Shown piece by piece: positions 45,009 to 56,066 of a stretch of 64,000 nt of DNA. Below the pieces are notes generated by a model. The model did no database searches. It was not told the DNA's origin and saw only the letters and a list, made by a program, of their open reading frames with translations. Source of the stretch: Naegleria gruberi. Taxonomy: Eukaryota. The first letter of the stretch is position 1; the number at the start of each line of letters is the position of its first letter. The stretch lies in NCBI GenBank assembly GCA_000004985.1, contig GG738852.1; one strand, 5' to 3'. The translations under genes were made by a program, and so were the position numbers.

Positions 45009-46248
45009 TTAATCTTGATATTGCTTTTGAACAACTTGGGAATCACCATGTTTCAAAAGTTCAACATCACCTTCCACCATTCCTCTAACTAATTCATCAA
45101 AGCTGACATTTCTCTTCCATCCTAATTCAGTTTCAGCCTTGGTTGGGTCACCAATCAAGAGTTCAACTTCAGTTGGTCTAAAGTAACGTGGGTCAACCTT
45201 AACTCTGACAACACCATCAACAACACCATGTTCATCAACAGTACCTGGAGTACCCTTCCATTCAACCTTCTTACCGAGAACAGCAAATGATTTTTCAACA
45301 AATTCTCTAACTTTGTGTTTTTCACCAGTGGCAACACAATAATCGGCTGGCTTTTCTTGTTGGAGCATCAACCACATGGCTTCAACATAGTCCTTAGCAT
45401 GTCCCCAATCTCTTTCAGCATCCAAATTACCCAAATACAAGCAATCTTGCAATCCGAGATGAATACGAGCAACAGCCATAGTAATCTTTCTTGTAACAAA
45501 GGTTGGACCACGACGAATACTTTCATGATTGAAAAGAATTCCGTTCAAAGCAAACATATTGTAAGCTTCTCTATAGTTGATAACAATCCAATAACTGTAC
45601 AACTTGGCGCAAGCATATGGAGAACGTGGATAGAATGGAGTGGTTTCTTTTTGTGGAATTTCTTGAACTAAACCATACAATTCACTAGTACTAGCTTGAT
45701 AGAATCTAGTCTTCTTTTCCAATCCACAAGCACGAATGGCTTCCAAAATACGCAAAGTACCAATACCATCAACATTGGCAGTGTATTCAGGCATTTCAAA
45801 ACTGACTTTAACATGGGATTGAGCACCCAAGTTGTAGATTTCATCTGGTCTAATCTTGGAAATGATGGAAATCAAGTTTCCGGTATCAGTCAAGTCACCA
45901 TATAAAAGTTTGAATTCTGATTAATTATTATTATTAATCAAATAAATTAAATCATCAAAAAAGATCAAAATAATTATCATCACAAAGGATTAAAATTGTT
46001 AGCGTGAATCACGACAAAAATTACTTACTAGCCTTGGTGATGTGAATATCCTTATACAAATGTTCAACTCTACCAGTGTTGAATGATGAAGAACGTCTAA
46101 TCATACCATAGACAGTATATCCCTTTTCTAACAAGAGTTCAGCCAAGTAGGATCCATCTTGACCAGTTACACCAGTAATCAAGGCAACTTTAGAGTCGTG
46201 TTCTTGGATTGGAATTTGGGTAATGTCGACTGGTGTTGGTTCGCTCAT
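45009..46248 (-). CDS. GMD: GDP-mannose 4,6-dehydratase; 2 exons
   Basis: Exons 46029..46248 and 45009..45916 (minus strand), joined by a 112-nt GTAAGT..AG intron (45917..46028), phase 1. Exon 1 encodes [48 protein letters not shown]. Exon 2 encodes [59 protein letters not shown]... ATG at 46246-46248 (MSEPTPV...). Confidence 0.9.
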
Positions 46249-46767
46249 TTTTTTATTGTCAGTGCTTCTGTTGTTTTCCAACAGTGTCGAAAAAACATCA
46301 ACGGTAACCATACAAAATATTCACAGAAGAAAATAAGGAATGGAAGTGGAAGTTGTTTACGATACATGGTTTGTATTAGGAACAATGAAGAGGTTGGTCA
46401 ATTGGTTTAATAATTTTGAATATTGTTGAGAAGAATCTTTGTCATTTTCTCATTCTCGGTAAATTTCCCTATTTATTTGTTTTCTCGTTAAGAATATTGT
46501 CAAAGATTAGGCGAAGTTTAATATTACACAAGAGTGGTAAAATTCAAGGTCAGACAATAAAGCGTTTCTTGATCACTGCTTATGCTACATTTCTTAGATG
46601 TCCTTAACTTTTGATTCATCATATTAGCTGTTGAACCTAACCATCCGGCCTTTTCCTGTTCTCATATTTTTTGAACAGCAAAATTGCGGTTTTTAAAATT
46701 TATTAAATATTTAATACGTGTGTGCTGGAATAATTCCTAGAAGTTAAATAAATCTGGATTTTATTGC

Positions 46768-47904
46768 TTATTTCTGATATAATGATCTGGAATTTGGAAT
46801 GTAGAAATAATCGAAAAAGTAAACCTTATGTGTTAAATCCAAAGCTCCATTCAAAAATGTAATTATATGATCATCAGAGGTACTTGTCTTTGAATCGAAT
46901 GGCTGTTCAATATTGAACAATTTTTGCTGATATTCTTCTTCAGCCTTCAATTCCTTAATGCTCTTTCTAACAAAATTCTGGTCGTCGTGCACATGGCCAA
47001 ATACAGAAATATTTGGCTTAACTCTATGAATTAATTGATTTTTCAACCAATAATCTCCCCAATGCTCATAATAGTCATGAATATTTCCACAAACTTTACA
47101 AACTTGTTTTGGATTTTCATTATTCTTTACCCAAGCTAAATCCAGAATGTTGAAAGGTGGAGTATGACTCAGGACAATATCAGAATCACTGTCAATCTCC
47201 TTCCAATAAGAATAAGAATTTGATGAGTGAAAGGCCATTCCCTGAGAGGTAATTGGTGATCCATAAATCTTAATACTCGAATCTAAAATTATTGAATTAT
47301 TCTGTAAATAATAATCACAGTTTGGCAGTAATGGATTTTGTCTAGTATTGAAAATTTTCTCAGGGTCCAAATTCTTATTATATTTTGCATCCATTCCATA
47401 ATCATGATTACCTGAAATACAGATTATTGTTTTACAATTTCCACTTATTTTTAGTCTTCCTAGAAAATCATTGAATTGAGAAATTTCATCCAAACTCCCC
47501 CTATTTGAAAAGTCTCCACAACATAAAATTACATCTCCATTGGGTATTTTGGGGAAGAGAGCTTCTCCTTTTGAATGAATATCAGATAGTACAACAAATC
47601 TTTTAACATTATATTCTTGGTTGGTGTCATTAATAATTGGCATGTTCATTTCTTTCAATCCCTGCAACAATTGATCCCTAATCTTGATGATAACATCCTT
47701 ATCTTTATTAGTATCCTTTCCTAACAAATATTGATGAATGTACCAATTAATAAACTTTAAGTTCACCTGTATAGGTACAAAGTTTGGTTTATGATAGGCA
47801 ATTTCCTTCTCCGAGGAAAAATAGCTTCCCTGATGTAATCTCTCTTTAATGAAGAGAGAAATTAATTGTTCACAGTGTTGTTTTAGTGGTAGATTTTGAG
47901 ACAT
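46768..47904 (-). CDS. Calcineurin-like metallophosphoesterase (MPP superfamily), unknown substrate
   Basis: 378 aa with ATG at 47902-47904. Motifs VVLSDIHS, GDFSNRGS, ISGNHDYG, GHVHDD (metal-ligand blocks I-IV). Confidence 0.65.
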   Translation of the reverse strand: MSQNLPLKQHCEQLISLFIKERLHQGSYFSSEKEIAYHKPNFVPIQVNLKFINWYIHQYLLGKDTNKDKDVIIKIRDQLLQGLKEMNMPIINDTNQEYNVKRFVVLSDIHSKGEALFPKIPNGDVILCCGDFSNRGSLDEISQFNDFLGRLKISGNCKTIICISGNHDYGMDAKYNKNLDPEKIFNTRQNPLLPNCDYYLQNNSIILDSSIKIYGSPITSQGMAFHSSNSYSYWKEIDSDSDIVLSHTPPFNILDLAWVKNNENPKQVCKVCGNIHDYYEHWGDYWLKNQLIHRVKPNISVFGHVHDDQNFVRKSIKELKAEEEYQQKLFNIEQPFDSKTSTSDDHIITFLNGALDLTHKVYFFDYFYIPNSRSLYQK

Positions 47905-48089
47905 TTTTTAATTGCTTTTTTGCTGATCTATCAAGTTCCTTATCCCTATCTCTCCATGTTCAAATTGTTCAATATCTTAGAAAAATATCCAGAGAATTCC
48001 TGAAGAATCGTTTGCTTGAAGTTCCTATTAACTATCTCTATGCATTATGATTTTTAAAAAACTATTATTTATTATTCTTATTAATTAAT

Positions 48090-49240
48090 TTACAATCTAT
48101 TTGAAGCACCACCACAAGTATTTCTCATAATAATTGATTCAGATGAAACACCTGGACCGAAAGCAACAGCAATAGACCATTCATTATTGAGATATTGTTG
48201 AGTTCTTCTATATAATTCCATTACAAACATAATGGTAACAGAGGACATGTTACCATATCTTGTCATGATATCCCATGAGGCCTTCAAATCTTCACGATTC
48301 ATTGTCAATGCCTTTTCAACTGCATACAAGATTGCCTTACCACCTGGGTGAGCCAAAACATTACAATTTTCCTTCAAAACAATTTCATCCTTGTGTTGAG
48401 ACTTCTTCAACAAGGTATTAATGTAATCCTTGAGTGAGTTGGTAATGATTTGTGGAACTTCAGGTGACAAGCTCAAGTGGAAACCATCATGGAAAACTTT
48501 CCATGTCATGCATTCATCAGTATTTGGAGTAGTGTAAGAGTGAGTATCGAATAATTCATAAACAGGTTTTTCACCCTTTTGAGCTTGTGGTTGAGAACCA
48601 ACAACCATTGAGGCAACACCATCACCAAAGATGGCACTAACAATCTTTTCATCAGTATTATTGGAAATTCTAAAGTGAACAGATGACAATTCAATACAAA
48701 TGACCAAAACTCTATTCTTTGGATTGAGAGAAGTCAAAGCACGAGCAGCCTTCAAAGTAATCAAACCAGCAGCACATCCTGACATGTTGATTGGGAAATA
48801 TTCAACAGCGTGAGACAATCCAAGTCTATCCATAAACTTCAAGTGAATATTTGGAACAGCAATACCAGTTGAGGTACAAGTAATGAGGTGAGTAATTTCC
48901 TTAACATCACCCTTCCATTCATCAATGGCCTTAGAAGCAGCTTGATAAGCCAATTCTGGGGCAACCTTCAAGAAGATATCATTTCTACTTTCAATAGTCT
49001 TCAAATCATTGGTAGAATTCTTGGTAAAATCGAAAGCAACACATCTTTCCTTAATTTCACAGCCCTTGAACAAGTTGTGAATTCTTTCCTTGATCTTTTC
49101 GTCAGCAGTTCCGTAATCCTTCATGATACCTTCGAAGAGTTCTTCTTGAGTCTTTCTTGGAGGATTGGCAACACCAATACCAAGAATGTAAGCATTGCTT
49201 GGGTTCTTCATGTTGGCCTTTCTGGCATGAGCAGCAAATT
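48090..49240 (-). other. Type III PKS (chalcone/stilbene synthase-like) domain forming the C-terminus of the hybrid PKS
   Basis: Catalytic triad context Cys (INMSGCAAGLITL), His (LAHPGGKAIL), Asn (RYGNMSSVTIMFV), plus the GFGPG-like AFGPGVSSES near the C-terminus. Domain boundaries are approximate. Confidence 0.8.
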
Positions 49241-52200
49241 CCTTAACTGGAACACTTTCAGGAACAACAGTCTTAGTGAGTGGAGTGTTATCAGTGGTGG
49301 TAGTAGTGACTGTTGTGGTAGCAGTAACAACTGGAGTTTGTTGAGCGACAACAGGTTTTGGTTGTTCAGCAACAACTGGTTTTGGTTGAACTGGAGTAGC
49401 AGCAGAGGCAACAGCAGTTGGAGTAGCAGTCTTGGTTTGCTTGGCTGGTTCAGATTTTTTAGAAGTCTTAGATTCCTTCTTTTCAGATGAAGCAGCTCCC
49501 ATCTTGTCCATAATCTTAGCAGCAAGTGACTTGACAGTTGTGTCCTTCTTCAAGATATCAATGGTTGTGATTGAACCACGAGGATACATCTTATCCAACC
49601 AGTTCTTCAATTGAGTAGCCATCAAAGAGTCCATACCGTATTGTCTGAGTGGTTCAGCAATTTCAATAGCTTCTAATGGAATACCCAAAATCTTGGCCAA
49701 TTGAGTGGCAATCATTTGATCGACAGTTAATTGAGAAGTAGAAGCATCCATACCAGCATCTTGAGCAGTTTCAATAAACAATTCACCGAACATCTTCTTC
49801 AAATGCTTAAAGTTATCAGAGTGATCCTTCCAATCAATACAACTGATAATCTTTTGTGGTTGAGCATCAGTTTGTTGAGAAATCAATGCCTTTTCAAGAC
49901 ATTTAACCAAGAGTGGAATTGGCATAGAAATGAAACCTCTTGATCTCAAAATAACCTTAGTTGAGTATTGTCTTGAAACAAAACCATCATCAATGGCACC
50001 AAAGTTAACACTCAATGCTGGTAAATTCTTTGACTTTCTGTAGTGGGCAAGAGCATCCAAAATACAATTGGCAGCAGCATAATTGGATTGTTCCATATTA
50101 CCATTGATAGCAACAAAGCTGGAGAACATGACAAAATATTTGATAGAGTTTTCATTCAAAGTAGCATGGTGAACATTCCAAGCAGAAACAGCCTTAGCTT
50201 GAATGACATTGTTGAACTTGGTTTCAGTCATGTTATTGATGGAACAATCTTCATATACAGTAGCAAGATGGAAAACTGATTCCAATGGTGGCATATTCAA
50301 AGTGGTACGAACTTGAGTAATGATATTTTCAACATTTTGTCTGTTAGAAACATCACATGGCAAAACTTGAATATTCAAAGAAGAGTCAGTCTTGATCAAT
50401 TCTTCAATTCTATCCTTTGATTGACCTTCAGTCAATTTACCACTTCTTGAGAGAATGACTAAATTCTTAACTTGCTTTTGTTCAATGAGCCATAAAACGA
50501 GGGACAAACCAACACCACGAGTACCACCAACAACCAAATGAGTCTTGTCAGAAGAGAAGGTCAATCCACGCATTTCTTCCTTCAATTTTTCATATCTTGG
50601 AATGGAGGTTTCCAAATCTTCATTGGTCATGTTGAGGACAATCTTACCAATGTGCTTGGCATGAGCCATAAAATTGAAAGCATCATGAAGCTTTTCCTTA
50701 TCATAGACAACATATGGCAATGGGAAGAGTCTCTTTTGCTCCATCAAATCCATAACTTCTCTGAACATTTGTTGAACAAGTTCTGGCTTTTCGTCCATCA
50801 TTCTGTCCAAATCAACTGAGGCATAGGTCAAGTTACGATGCATTTGTTGCAAATTGACACAAGTACCATCATAGATATCTCTAATACCAATTTCGACAAA
50901 TCTACCATATGAACCCAATGATTCAAAGTTGGCAGACAACATATCAGTACCAGCCAAAGAGTTCAAAACAACATCACAACCCTTTCCATTAGTGAATTTC
51001 ATAACATCATCACGGAAACTAGTTGAACGAGAATCAGTAGTGTAATGAACCTTATAGGTTTCATCTTGTTCCAAGAAGGTTCTCTTCTCACCACGACCAG
51101 CTGTACCAATGGTGACGGCACCAAAGTGATTAGCAATTTGAACAGCAGACAACCCAACAGCACCAGCTGCAGAGTGAATCATACAGGTTTCTCCCTTTCT
51201 CAATCTGGCAACATGAACCAAACCATACCATGAAGTCAAGAAGGCAGATGGAATAGTTGAAGCTTGTTCGTAGGACATCCAATCTGGTTTCTTAATAGCG
51301 AGACTTGACTTGACATTGACATAGGATGAGAAACATTTTCTAGCAATACAGACAACCTTATCACCAATCTTAAAGTCAGTAACAGATGGGCCAACTTCAA
51401 CAATGACACCAGAACATTCCAAACCGAATGGTGGATTCCATTTACCACCTCTTCTAAAAGCCTTATCTGGAATTCTACCCAATGAGAACATTAAATCCTT
51501 GAAACTCAAAGCAGAAGCCTTAACTGAAATTCTAACTTCATCAGCTTCAAGTGGAACAAATTCTTCAACTTCATGGAATGACAATTCACTAACTGAACCA
51601 ATTGAGTTGGACTTTAAGGTAACTGGAGCGTTTGGCTTTTGAATCAATGTTGATTTGACAACCTTCAAATACTTCAAGTCACCACAAGCAGCTAAAGCCA
51701 ATTCGTTATATTCCAAATTGTCACAATTTACAAAGAGGTTAGAAATAGTTTGGGAAGCAATGTCCATGTTGATACCTTCAGAGAAATCGAACAAGAAACT
51801 CTTAATGTTTGGATGTTCACTTCTGAAAGTTCTACCAATACCAACAAATTGAGCAGATGATGGAACAGAGTAGGTGAGTTGAGCACCCTTGGTGACAATC
51901 CACAATTTAGTTTCACATGATTCATGGTCAAGTTCAATCTTGATCATTTCCTTAATAATTTGCATCAATCTCCAAGAGTTGGATTCTTGAGTGACTTGAT
52001 TATCTTCAGCAACGTTAGCAACAAACACAATACCAGAAATTTCTTGATTTTGAGCGAGCATGTTAACAGCTTGTTCAGCAGAAACAATTGTAGTAGAAAC
52101 AGCAGACAAGGAAGAGACAACAGCCTTGGTCATGTCAGATTCAGCAACATCAGAGACAACAATCCATTGTTGAGCAACAGATTGTTCTTCTTGTTCGACT

Positions 52201-55200
52201 GGAGCAGTCATTTCAGTCAATTCTTCCTTATTGGCGGAAGTCCAAGCAACATCATACATACAATCATTAGAAGTAATGGTAAAGACAGTTGGACAAGATG
52301 CTTGAGTAATAGCTCTACACTTGACGCACAAGAATGAAGCAATTGGAACAATAGAACCTTGCTTGTGGCCATAAATAAAGACGTCACCTTCAAGTTCATA
52401 TTGAGATTGATTAGTCATCTTGCAGTAAACTGAAATACTATCCATGTCTGGGACCAATTGGTTCAAACAAACTTCAGTATTCAAAACACAAGTATCAATT
52501 GAAGATGGAATGTATACGATAGCATCTTCTTCAGCAATAGCGATCAATGATTGCAAACAAGAATCCAAAATACCAACTTCCAAAACAGACTTGTGTCTCT
52601 TAGTATCCAAGAGACTCTTTGGTCCTTCATCGAATTTCTTCTTCAATGACAATTCACTGACACCTTCATTCTTACCAACATAAATCTTATCCAATTGTTG
52701 GAAAACTGGACCATATTCAAGACCCATCTTTCTCAATTTAGAGTAGAGTTCATTCTTTGACATTGAGACTTCCATGCAACGTGGCTTGACTTCATCCAAG
52801 TTTGGATGAGTCTTTAAATTGGTTGGTGGCAACATTCTCAAGAAACACTTATAGTGATCGAGCCAATCTTCCAAACCTCTCTTACTCTTAATTTCAATCA
52901 TTTGACTATTTTGAGTTCCGTGAACTAATGGAGTAACATCAGTTTCAACAATGAAACCACCTGGTGCAGTTTGAGATAAGGATAGAGCACCCTTAAAGTC
53001 ACATCCTTGCAAAATGAATTGCTTTGGAAGTTCCTTTTGTTCAGAGTCCTTTTCATTAGCTCTGATTTGAGCAACAGCAGCGTGGAGAGACATTAAAACA
53101 TAGGAAACACCTGGATAAATGATATCACCTTGAATAACGTGATCCTTCAAGTTAGGGAAGTGATCCAATGAAATTCTATTTTGGAATGTAACACTACCAG
53201 ATCTCAAACTCTTGTGTCCAACCAAATTAGATGGATAACCTCTTCTCCATTCAGCAGCTTGTTCTTCAGTTTGATTCCAAATCATTTGACTTCTATCCCA
53301 TGGGTAGAATGGAACTTTAACCTTATTGAAAAGGTGATTCCAGTTGACATTTTCTCTGAAGGTAACATTGTGAATGAATCCATTGACGAATAAATCTCTA
53401 GCACATTGGAGCATAGTTTCTTGTTCATCAACGAAACGCTTCAAAGTAAAGTAACACTTGGTATCTTCAATACCCAATTCAGAAGCACATTCCTTAATGG
53501 AAGCAGCAAGAACTGGATGAGGACTCAACTCAACAAATCCTCTGTAACCTTGTTTTAACAAATCAGTAATTGGATCAGCAAAGAGAACAGCTTGTCTAAC
53601 ATTACCCCACAAATAGTGTTCATCCATATTTTCAACAGTGGTATCATACAATTTACCAGTAACAGTAGAGTAGAGTGGAATGAGGGTTGGTTTACCACGG
53701 CTGACTGGTGAGAAATTCTTCAAAGCATTCAACATTTCTTCCTTAATTGGTTCTTGATATTGAGAGTGGAATGCACAATAACCTCTCAACTTTCTACAAA
53801 AGACTCCCTTACCCTTGGAAATATCTTGTTCCAACTTGTTAATGAGTTGAGGAGAACCAGCCAAAGTACATGATCCAGGACCATTGATAGCAGCAACAAC
53901 AACAGCAGAACGATCTTCACCACTCAAATATTCATCCAAGTAGAGTTCACATTGAGCTGGAGAGACACCAACAGCCAACATGTTACCAGATCCACAGGTC
54001 TTTTCTTGCAAGGTACTTCTCCAATACAAGATGGTAATGGCTTCTTCCAAAGTATAGACACCAGCAGCATAGGCACTACCAACTTCACCAGCAGAGTGAC
54101 CAACAACGACAGATGGATGAATATTCCAAGCTTTCATCATGGCATATAAACCAGCTTGGAGGAAGAAGATAGCTGGTTGAGCATAGAGTGGGTGATCCAT
54201 ATCATCATCAGTTAAACATTGTTCCTTAATCCACTTTCCAACAAGAGACCATCCAGACAATTGACTGAACAATCTATCACATTCATCCAAACAATTTCTG
54301 AAAATTTCATACTTGTTATAGAGTTGGATACCCATGGATTTAGTTTGTGGACCTTGACCTGGGAAGACAAAGACGAATCCCTTATCACTTCTATTTGAAT
54401 TATGTACAATACCCTTAGATCTAAGAGTATCAGCAGATTCGGATGCAATTGTCTTCAATTGTTTGACACAATCTTCAACAGAGCTAGTAATGATAGTACT
54501 TCTCAATTTGTGATGAGATCTAAATTGATTTTGAACAGTAAAGACATCAATCATAGAATCCTTATCATGGATACATTCCTTGCTTGATAAATCTTGAGCA
54601 AGACTTTGGAGGGATGGAATGGATTGTGCAGACAACATCATCATGACCTTTTCGCTTTCCTTTTCTGGCAATTTTGGTGCTTCCAACTTTGGTTGCTCGA
54701 ATTCTTCCAAAATGACGTGAGCATTGACACCACCAATACCCATAGAGTTAATACCAAAGACCAATGGCTTGGAACCTCTCTTCTTAACCAATGGAATTGG
54801 TTCAGTAACAACTCTCATATTATACTTATCCAATGGAATCTTTGGATTCAACTTTTTAATATTGGCAACTGGACATAAGAGTCTCTTTTCCATCATGAGA
54901 ACAGCCTTAATTAAACCAGCGACACCAGATGCACATTCCAAGTGACCAATATTACCCTTAACAGAACCAACATAGATTGGTTTGGATCTATTTGGACCGG
55001 AGAGAACTTCACCAATGGCAACAGTTTCAACAACGTCACCCTTAGCAGTACCAGTACCGTGACATTCAACATAATCAACTTCGAATGGTGACAAGATACT
55101 AGCAGTTTCTTCTGGTAATCTATCATAAGCTTTCTTAATATTCAAAGCTTGAGTAATTGAGGAAGGAGTGATCAAAGAATCTTCAGCAGCACCATCAACA

Positions 55201-56066
55201 TTGACACTTGAACCACGAATGACACCATAAATACGGTCACCACTTTCAAGAGCCTTCTTCAATGGCTTTAAAACAACTAAACCAGCACCTTCACCTCTAA
55301 CGAAACCGTTGGCAGATTCATCGAATGGTTTACACTTACCATCCTTTGATAAAACACCAACTTTACTAAACTCGCAATAAGGAGATGGAGAAAGGATTAA
55401 AGAGACACCACCTGCAATAGCCATTTCACACTCATTATTCTTCAAGCTCATACATGCTTGATGAACTGCAACGAGAGAAGATGAACAAGCAGTATCAATA
55501 CTCATAGATGGACCTCTAAAATCATAGAGGAATGAAATACGGTTAGAGGCAATACTCAAAGTATTACCATTGTGAGTGTATGAAGTAATTCTTTCAAAAT
55601 TATTGTTATCCAATTGAACAGTGTAAAAGTCCAATTGACCAATACCGATAAAGACACCAGTTTCATCGAACAAATGACCATTTGTGCTATCTTTCTTTGG
55701 TCTAATACCAGCATCTTCTAAACATTCCCATGTTAATTCTAAAAGTAAACGTTGTTGTGGATCCATAACTTCCACTTCTTTTTGACCAACACCCAAAACA
55801 CTACAATCGAAAGCCTTGATTTGATCCTCGGGTATGTAAGCACCACGAGATGAAGACATTAATCCAGGAACATTGGAAGCATCAGTAGATTCCCAATTTT
55901 GAGATTTCCATCTCCATTCAGGTGTATCGGTAATGTGTTCTTGGCATTCAGTGAGGAGCTTCCAAAATTCGTGCTTATCTTTAGCTCCAGGTAAACGACA
56001 GGAAAGACCAACAATGGCATAACTGTCAGCAGTGATATGATTGTGATTATTTGTAGTTGTAGACAT
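48090..56066 (-). CDS. Hybrid polyketide synthase: reducing type I PKS (KS-AT-DH-ER-KR-ACP) with a C-terminal type III PKS (chalcone-synthase-like) domain; single 8-kb exon
   Basis: First ATG at 56064-56066 (MSTTTNNHNH...); ORF-track M at 56102 is TTG. KS: DTACSSSLVAV, ECHGTGT, GHLECASG. AT: GHSAGEVGSAYAAG. DH: LDHFPNLKDHVIQGDIIYPG. ER: GLECSGVIVEVG...IHSAAGAVGLSAV. KR: VVGGTRGVGLSLVLWL. ACP: QYGMDSLMATQL. A Pro/Thr/Val-rich linker follows. Type III domain, about 48090..49240: MSGCAAGL (Cys), HPGGKAIL (His), YGNMSSV (Asn), AFGPGV. No SAM-methyltransferase motif found. Confidence 0.9.
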   Translation of the reverse strand: MSTTTNNHNHITADSYAIVGLSCRLPGAKDKHEFWKLLTECQEHITDTPEWRWKSQNWESTDASNVPGLMSSSRGAYIPEDQIKAFDCSVLGVGQKEVEVMDPQQRLLLELTWECLEDAGIRPKKDSTNGHLFDETGVFIGIGQLDFYTVQLDNNNFERITSYTHNGNTLSIASNRISFLYDFRGPSMSIDTACSSSLVAVHQACMSLKNNECEMAIAGGVSLILSPSPYCEFSKVGVLSKDGKCKPFDESANGFVRGEGAGLVVLKPLKKALESGDRIYGVIRGSSVNVDGAAEDSLITPSSITQALNIKKAYDRLPEETASILSPFEVDYVECHGTGTAKGDVVETVAIGEVLSGPNRSKPIYVGSVKGNIGHLECASGVAGLIKAVLMMEKRLLCPVANIKKLNPKIPLDKYNMRVVTEPIPLVKKRGSKPLVFGINSMGIGGVNAHVILEEFEQPKLEAPKLPEKESEKVMMMLSAQSIPSLQSLAQDLSSKECIHDKDSMIDVFTVQNQFRSHHKLRSTIITSSVEDCVKQLKTIASESADTLRSKGIVHNSNRSDKGFVFVFPGQGPQTKSMGIQLYNKYEIFRNCLDECDRLFSQLSGWSLVGKWIKEQCLTDDDMDHPLYAQPAIFFLQAGLYAMMKAWNIHPSVVVGHSAGEVGSAYAAGVYTLEEAITILYWRSTLQEKTCGSGNMLAVGVSPAQCELYLDEYLSGEDRSAVVVAAINGPGSCTLAGSPQLINKLEQDISKGKGVFCRKLRGYCAFHSQYQEPIKEEMLNALKNFSPVSRGKPTLIPLYSTVTGKLYDTTVENMDEHYLWGNVRQAVLFADPITDLLKQGYRGFVELSPHPVLAASIKECASELGIEDTKCYFTLKRFVDEQETMLQCARDLFVNGFIHNVTFRENVNWNHLFNKVKVPFYPWDRSQMIWNQTEEQAAEWRRGYPSNLVGHKSLRSGSVTFQNRISLDHFPNLKDHVIQGDIIYPGVSYVLMSLHAAVAQIRANEKDSEQKELPKQFILQGCDFKGALSLSQTAPGGFIVETDVTPLVHGTQNSQMIEIKSKRGLEDWLDHYKCFLRMLPPTNLKTHPNLDEVKPRCMEVSMSKNELYSKLRKMGLEYGPVFQQLDKIYVGKNEGVSELSLKKKFDEGPKSLLDTKRHKSVLEVGILDSCLQSLIAIAEEDAIVYIPSSIDTCVLNTEVCLNQLVPDMDSISVYCKMTNQSQYELEGDVFIYGHKQGSIVPIASFLCVKCRAITQASCPTVFTITSNDCMYDVAWTSANKEELTEMTAPVEQEEQSVAQQWIVVSDVAESDMTKAVVSSLSAVSTTIVSAEQAVNMLAQNQEISGIVFVANVAEDNQVTQESNSWRLMQIIKEMIKIELDHESCETKLWIVTKGAQLTYSVPSSAQFVGIGRTFRSEHPNIKSFLFDFSEGINMDIASQTISNLFVNCDNLEYNELALAACGDLKYLKVVKSTLIQKPNAPVTLKSNSIGSVSELSFHEVEEFVPLEADEVRISVKASALSFKDLMFSLGRIPDKAFRRGGKWNPPFGLECSGVIVEVGPSVTDFKIGDKVVCIARKCFSSYVNVKSSLAIKKPDWMSYEQASTIPSAFLTSWYGLVHVARLRKGETCMIHSAAGAVGLSAVQIANHFGAVTIGTAGRGEKRTFLEQDETYKVHYTTDSRSTSFRDDVMKFTNGKGCDVVLNSLAGTDMLSANFESLGSYGRFVEIGIRDIYDGTCVNLQQMHRNLTYASVDLDRMMDEKPELVQQMFREVMDLMEQKRLFPLPYVVYDKEKLHDAFNFMAHAKHIGKIVLNMTNEDLETSIPRYEKLKEEMRGLTFSSDKTHLVVGGTRGVGLSLVLWLIEQKQVKNLVILSRSGKLTEGQSKDRIEELIKTDSSLNIQVLPCDVSNRQNVENIITQVRTTLNMPPLESVFHLATVYEDCSINNMTETKFNNVIQAKAVSAWNVHHATLNENSIKYFVMFSSFVAINGNMEQSNYAAANCILDALAHYRKSKNLPALSVNFGAIDDGFVSRQYSTKVILRSRGFISMPIPLLVKCLEKALISQQTDAQPQKIISCIDWKDHSDNFKHLKKMFGELFIETAQDAGMDASTSQLTVDQMIATQLAKILGIPLEAIEIAEPLRQYGMDSLMATQLKNWLDKMYPRGSITTIDILKKDTTVKSLAAKIMDKMGAASSEKKESKTSKKSEPAKQTKTATPTAVASAATPVQPKPVVAEQPKPVVAQQTPVVTATTTVTTTTTDNTPLTKTVVPESVPVKEFAAHARKANMKNPSNAYILGIGVANPPRKTQEELFEGIMKDYGTADEKIKERIHNLFKGCEIKERCVAFDFTKNSTNDLKTIESRNDIFLKVAPELAYQAASKAIDEWKGDVKEITHLITCTSTGIAVPNIHLKFMDRLGLSHAVEYFPINMSGCAAGLITLKAARALTSLNPKNRVLVICIELSSVHFRISNNTDEKIVSAIFGDGVASMVVGSQPQAQKGEKPVYELFDTHSYTTPNTDECMTWKVFHDGFHLSLSPEVPQIITNSLKDYINTLLKKSQHKDEIVLKENCNVLAHPGGKAILYAVEKALTMNREDLKASWDIMTRYGNMSSVTIMFVMELYRRTQQYLNNEWSIAVAFGPGVSSESIIMRNTCGGASNRL

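Noticed and set aside
45009-56066. A secondary-metabolite gene cluster around the hybrid PKS (GDP-mannose dehydratase, metallophosphoesterase, L,D-transpeptidase as tailoring genes)
   Set aside because: None of the neighbours is a typical polyketide-tailoring enzyme (no halogenase, O-methyltransferase, P450 or transporter). Adjacency in such a compact genome is expected by chance.
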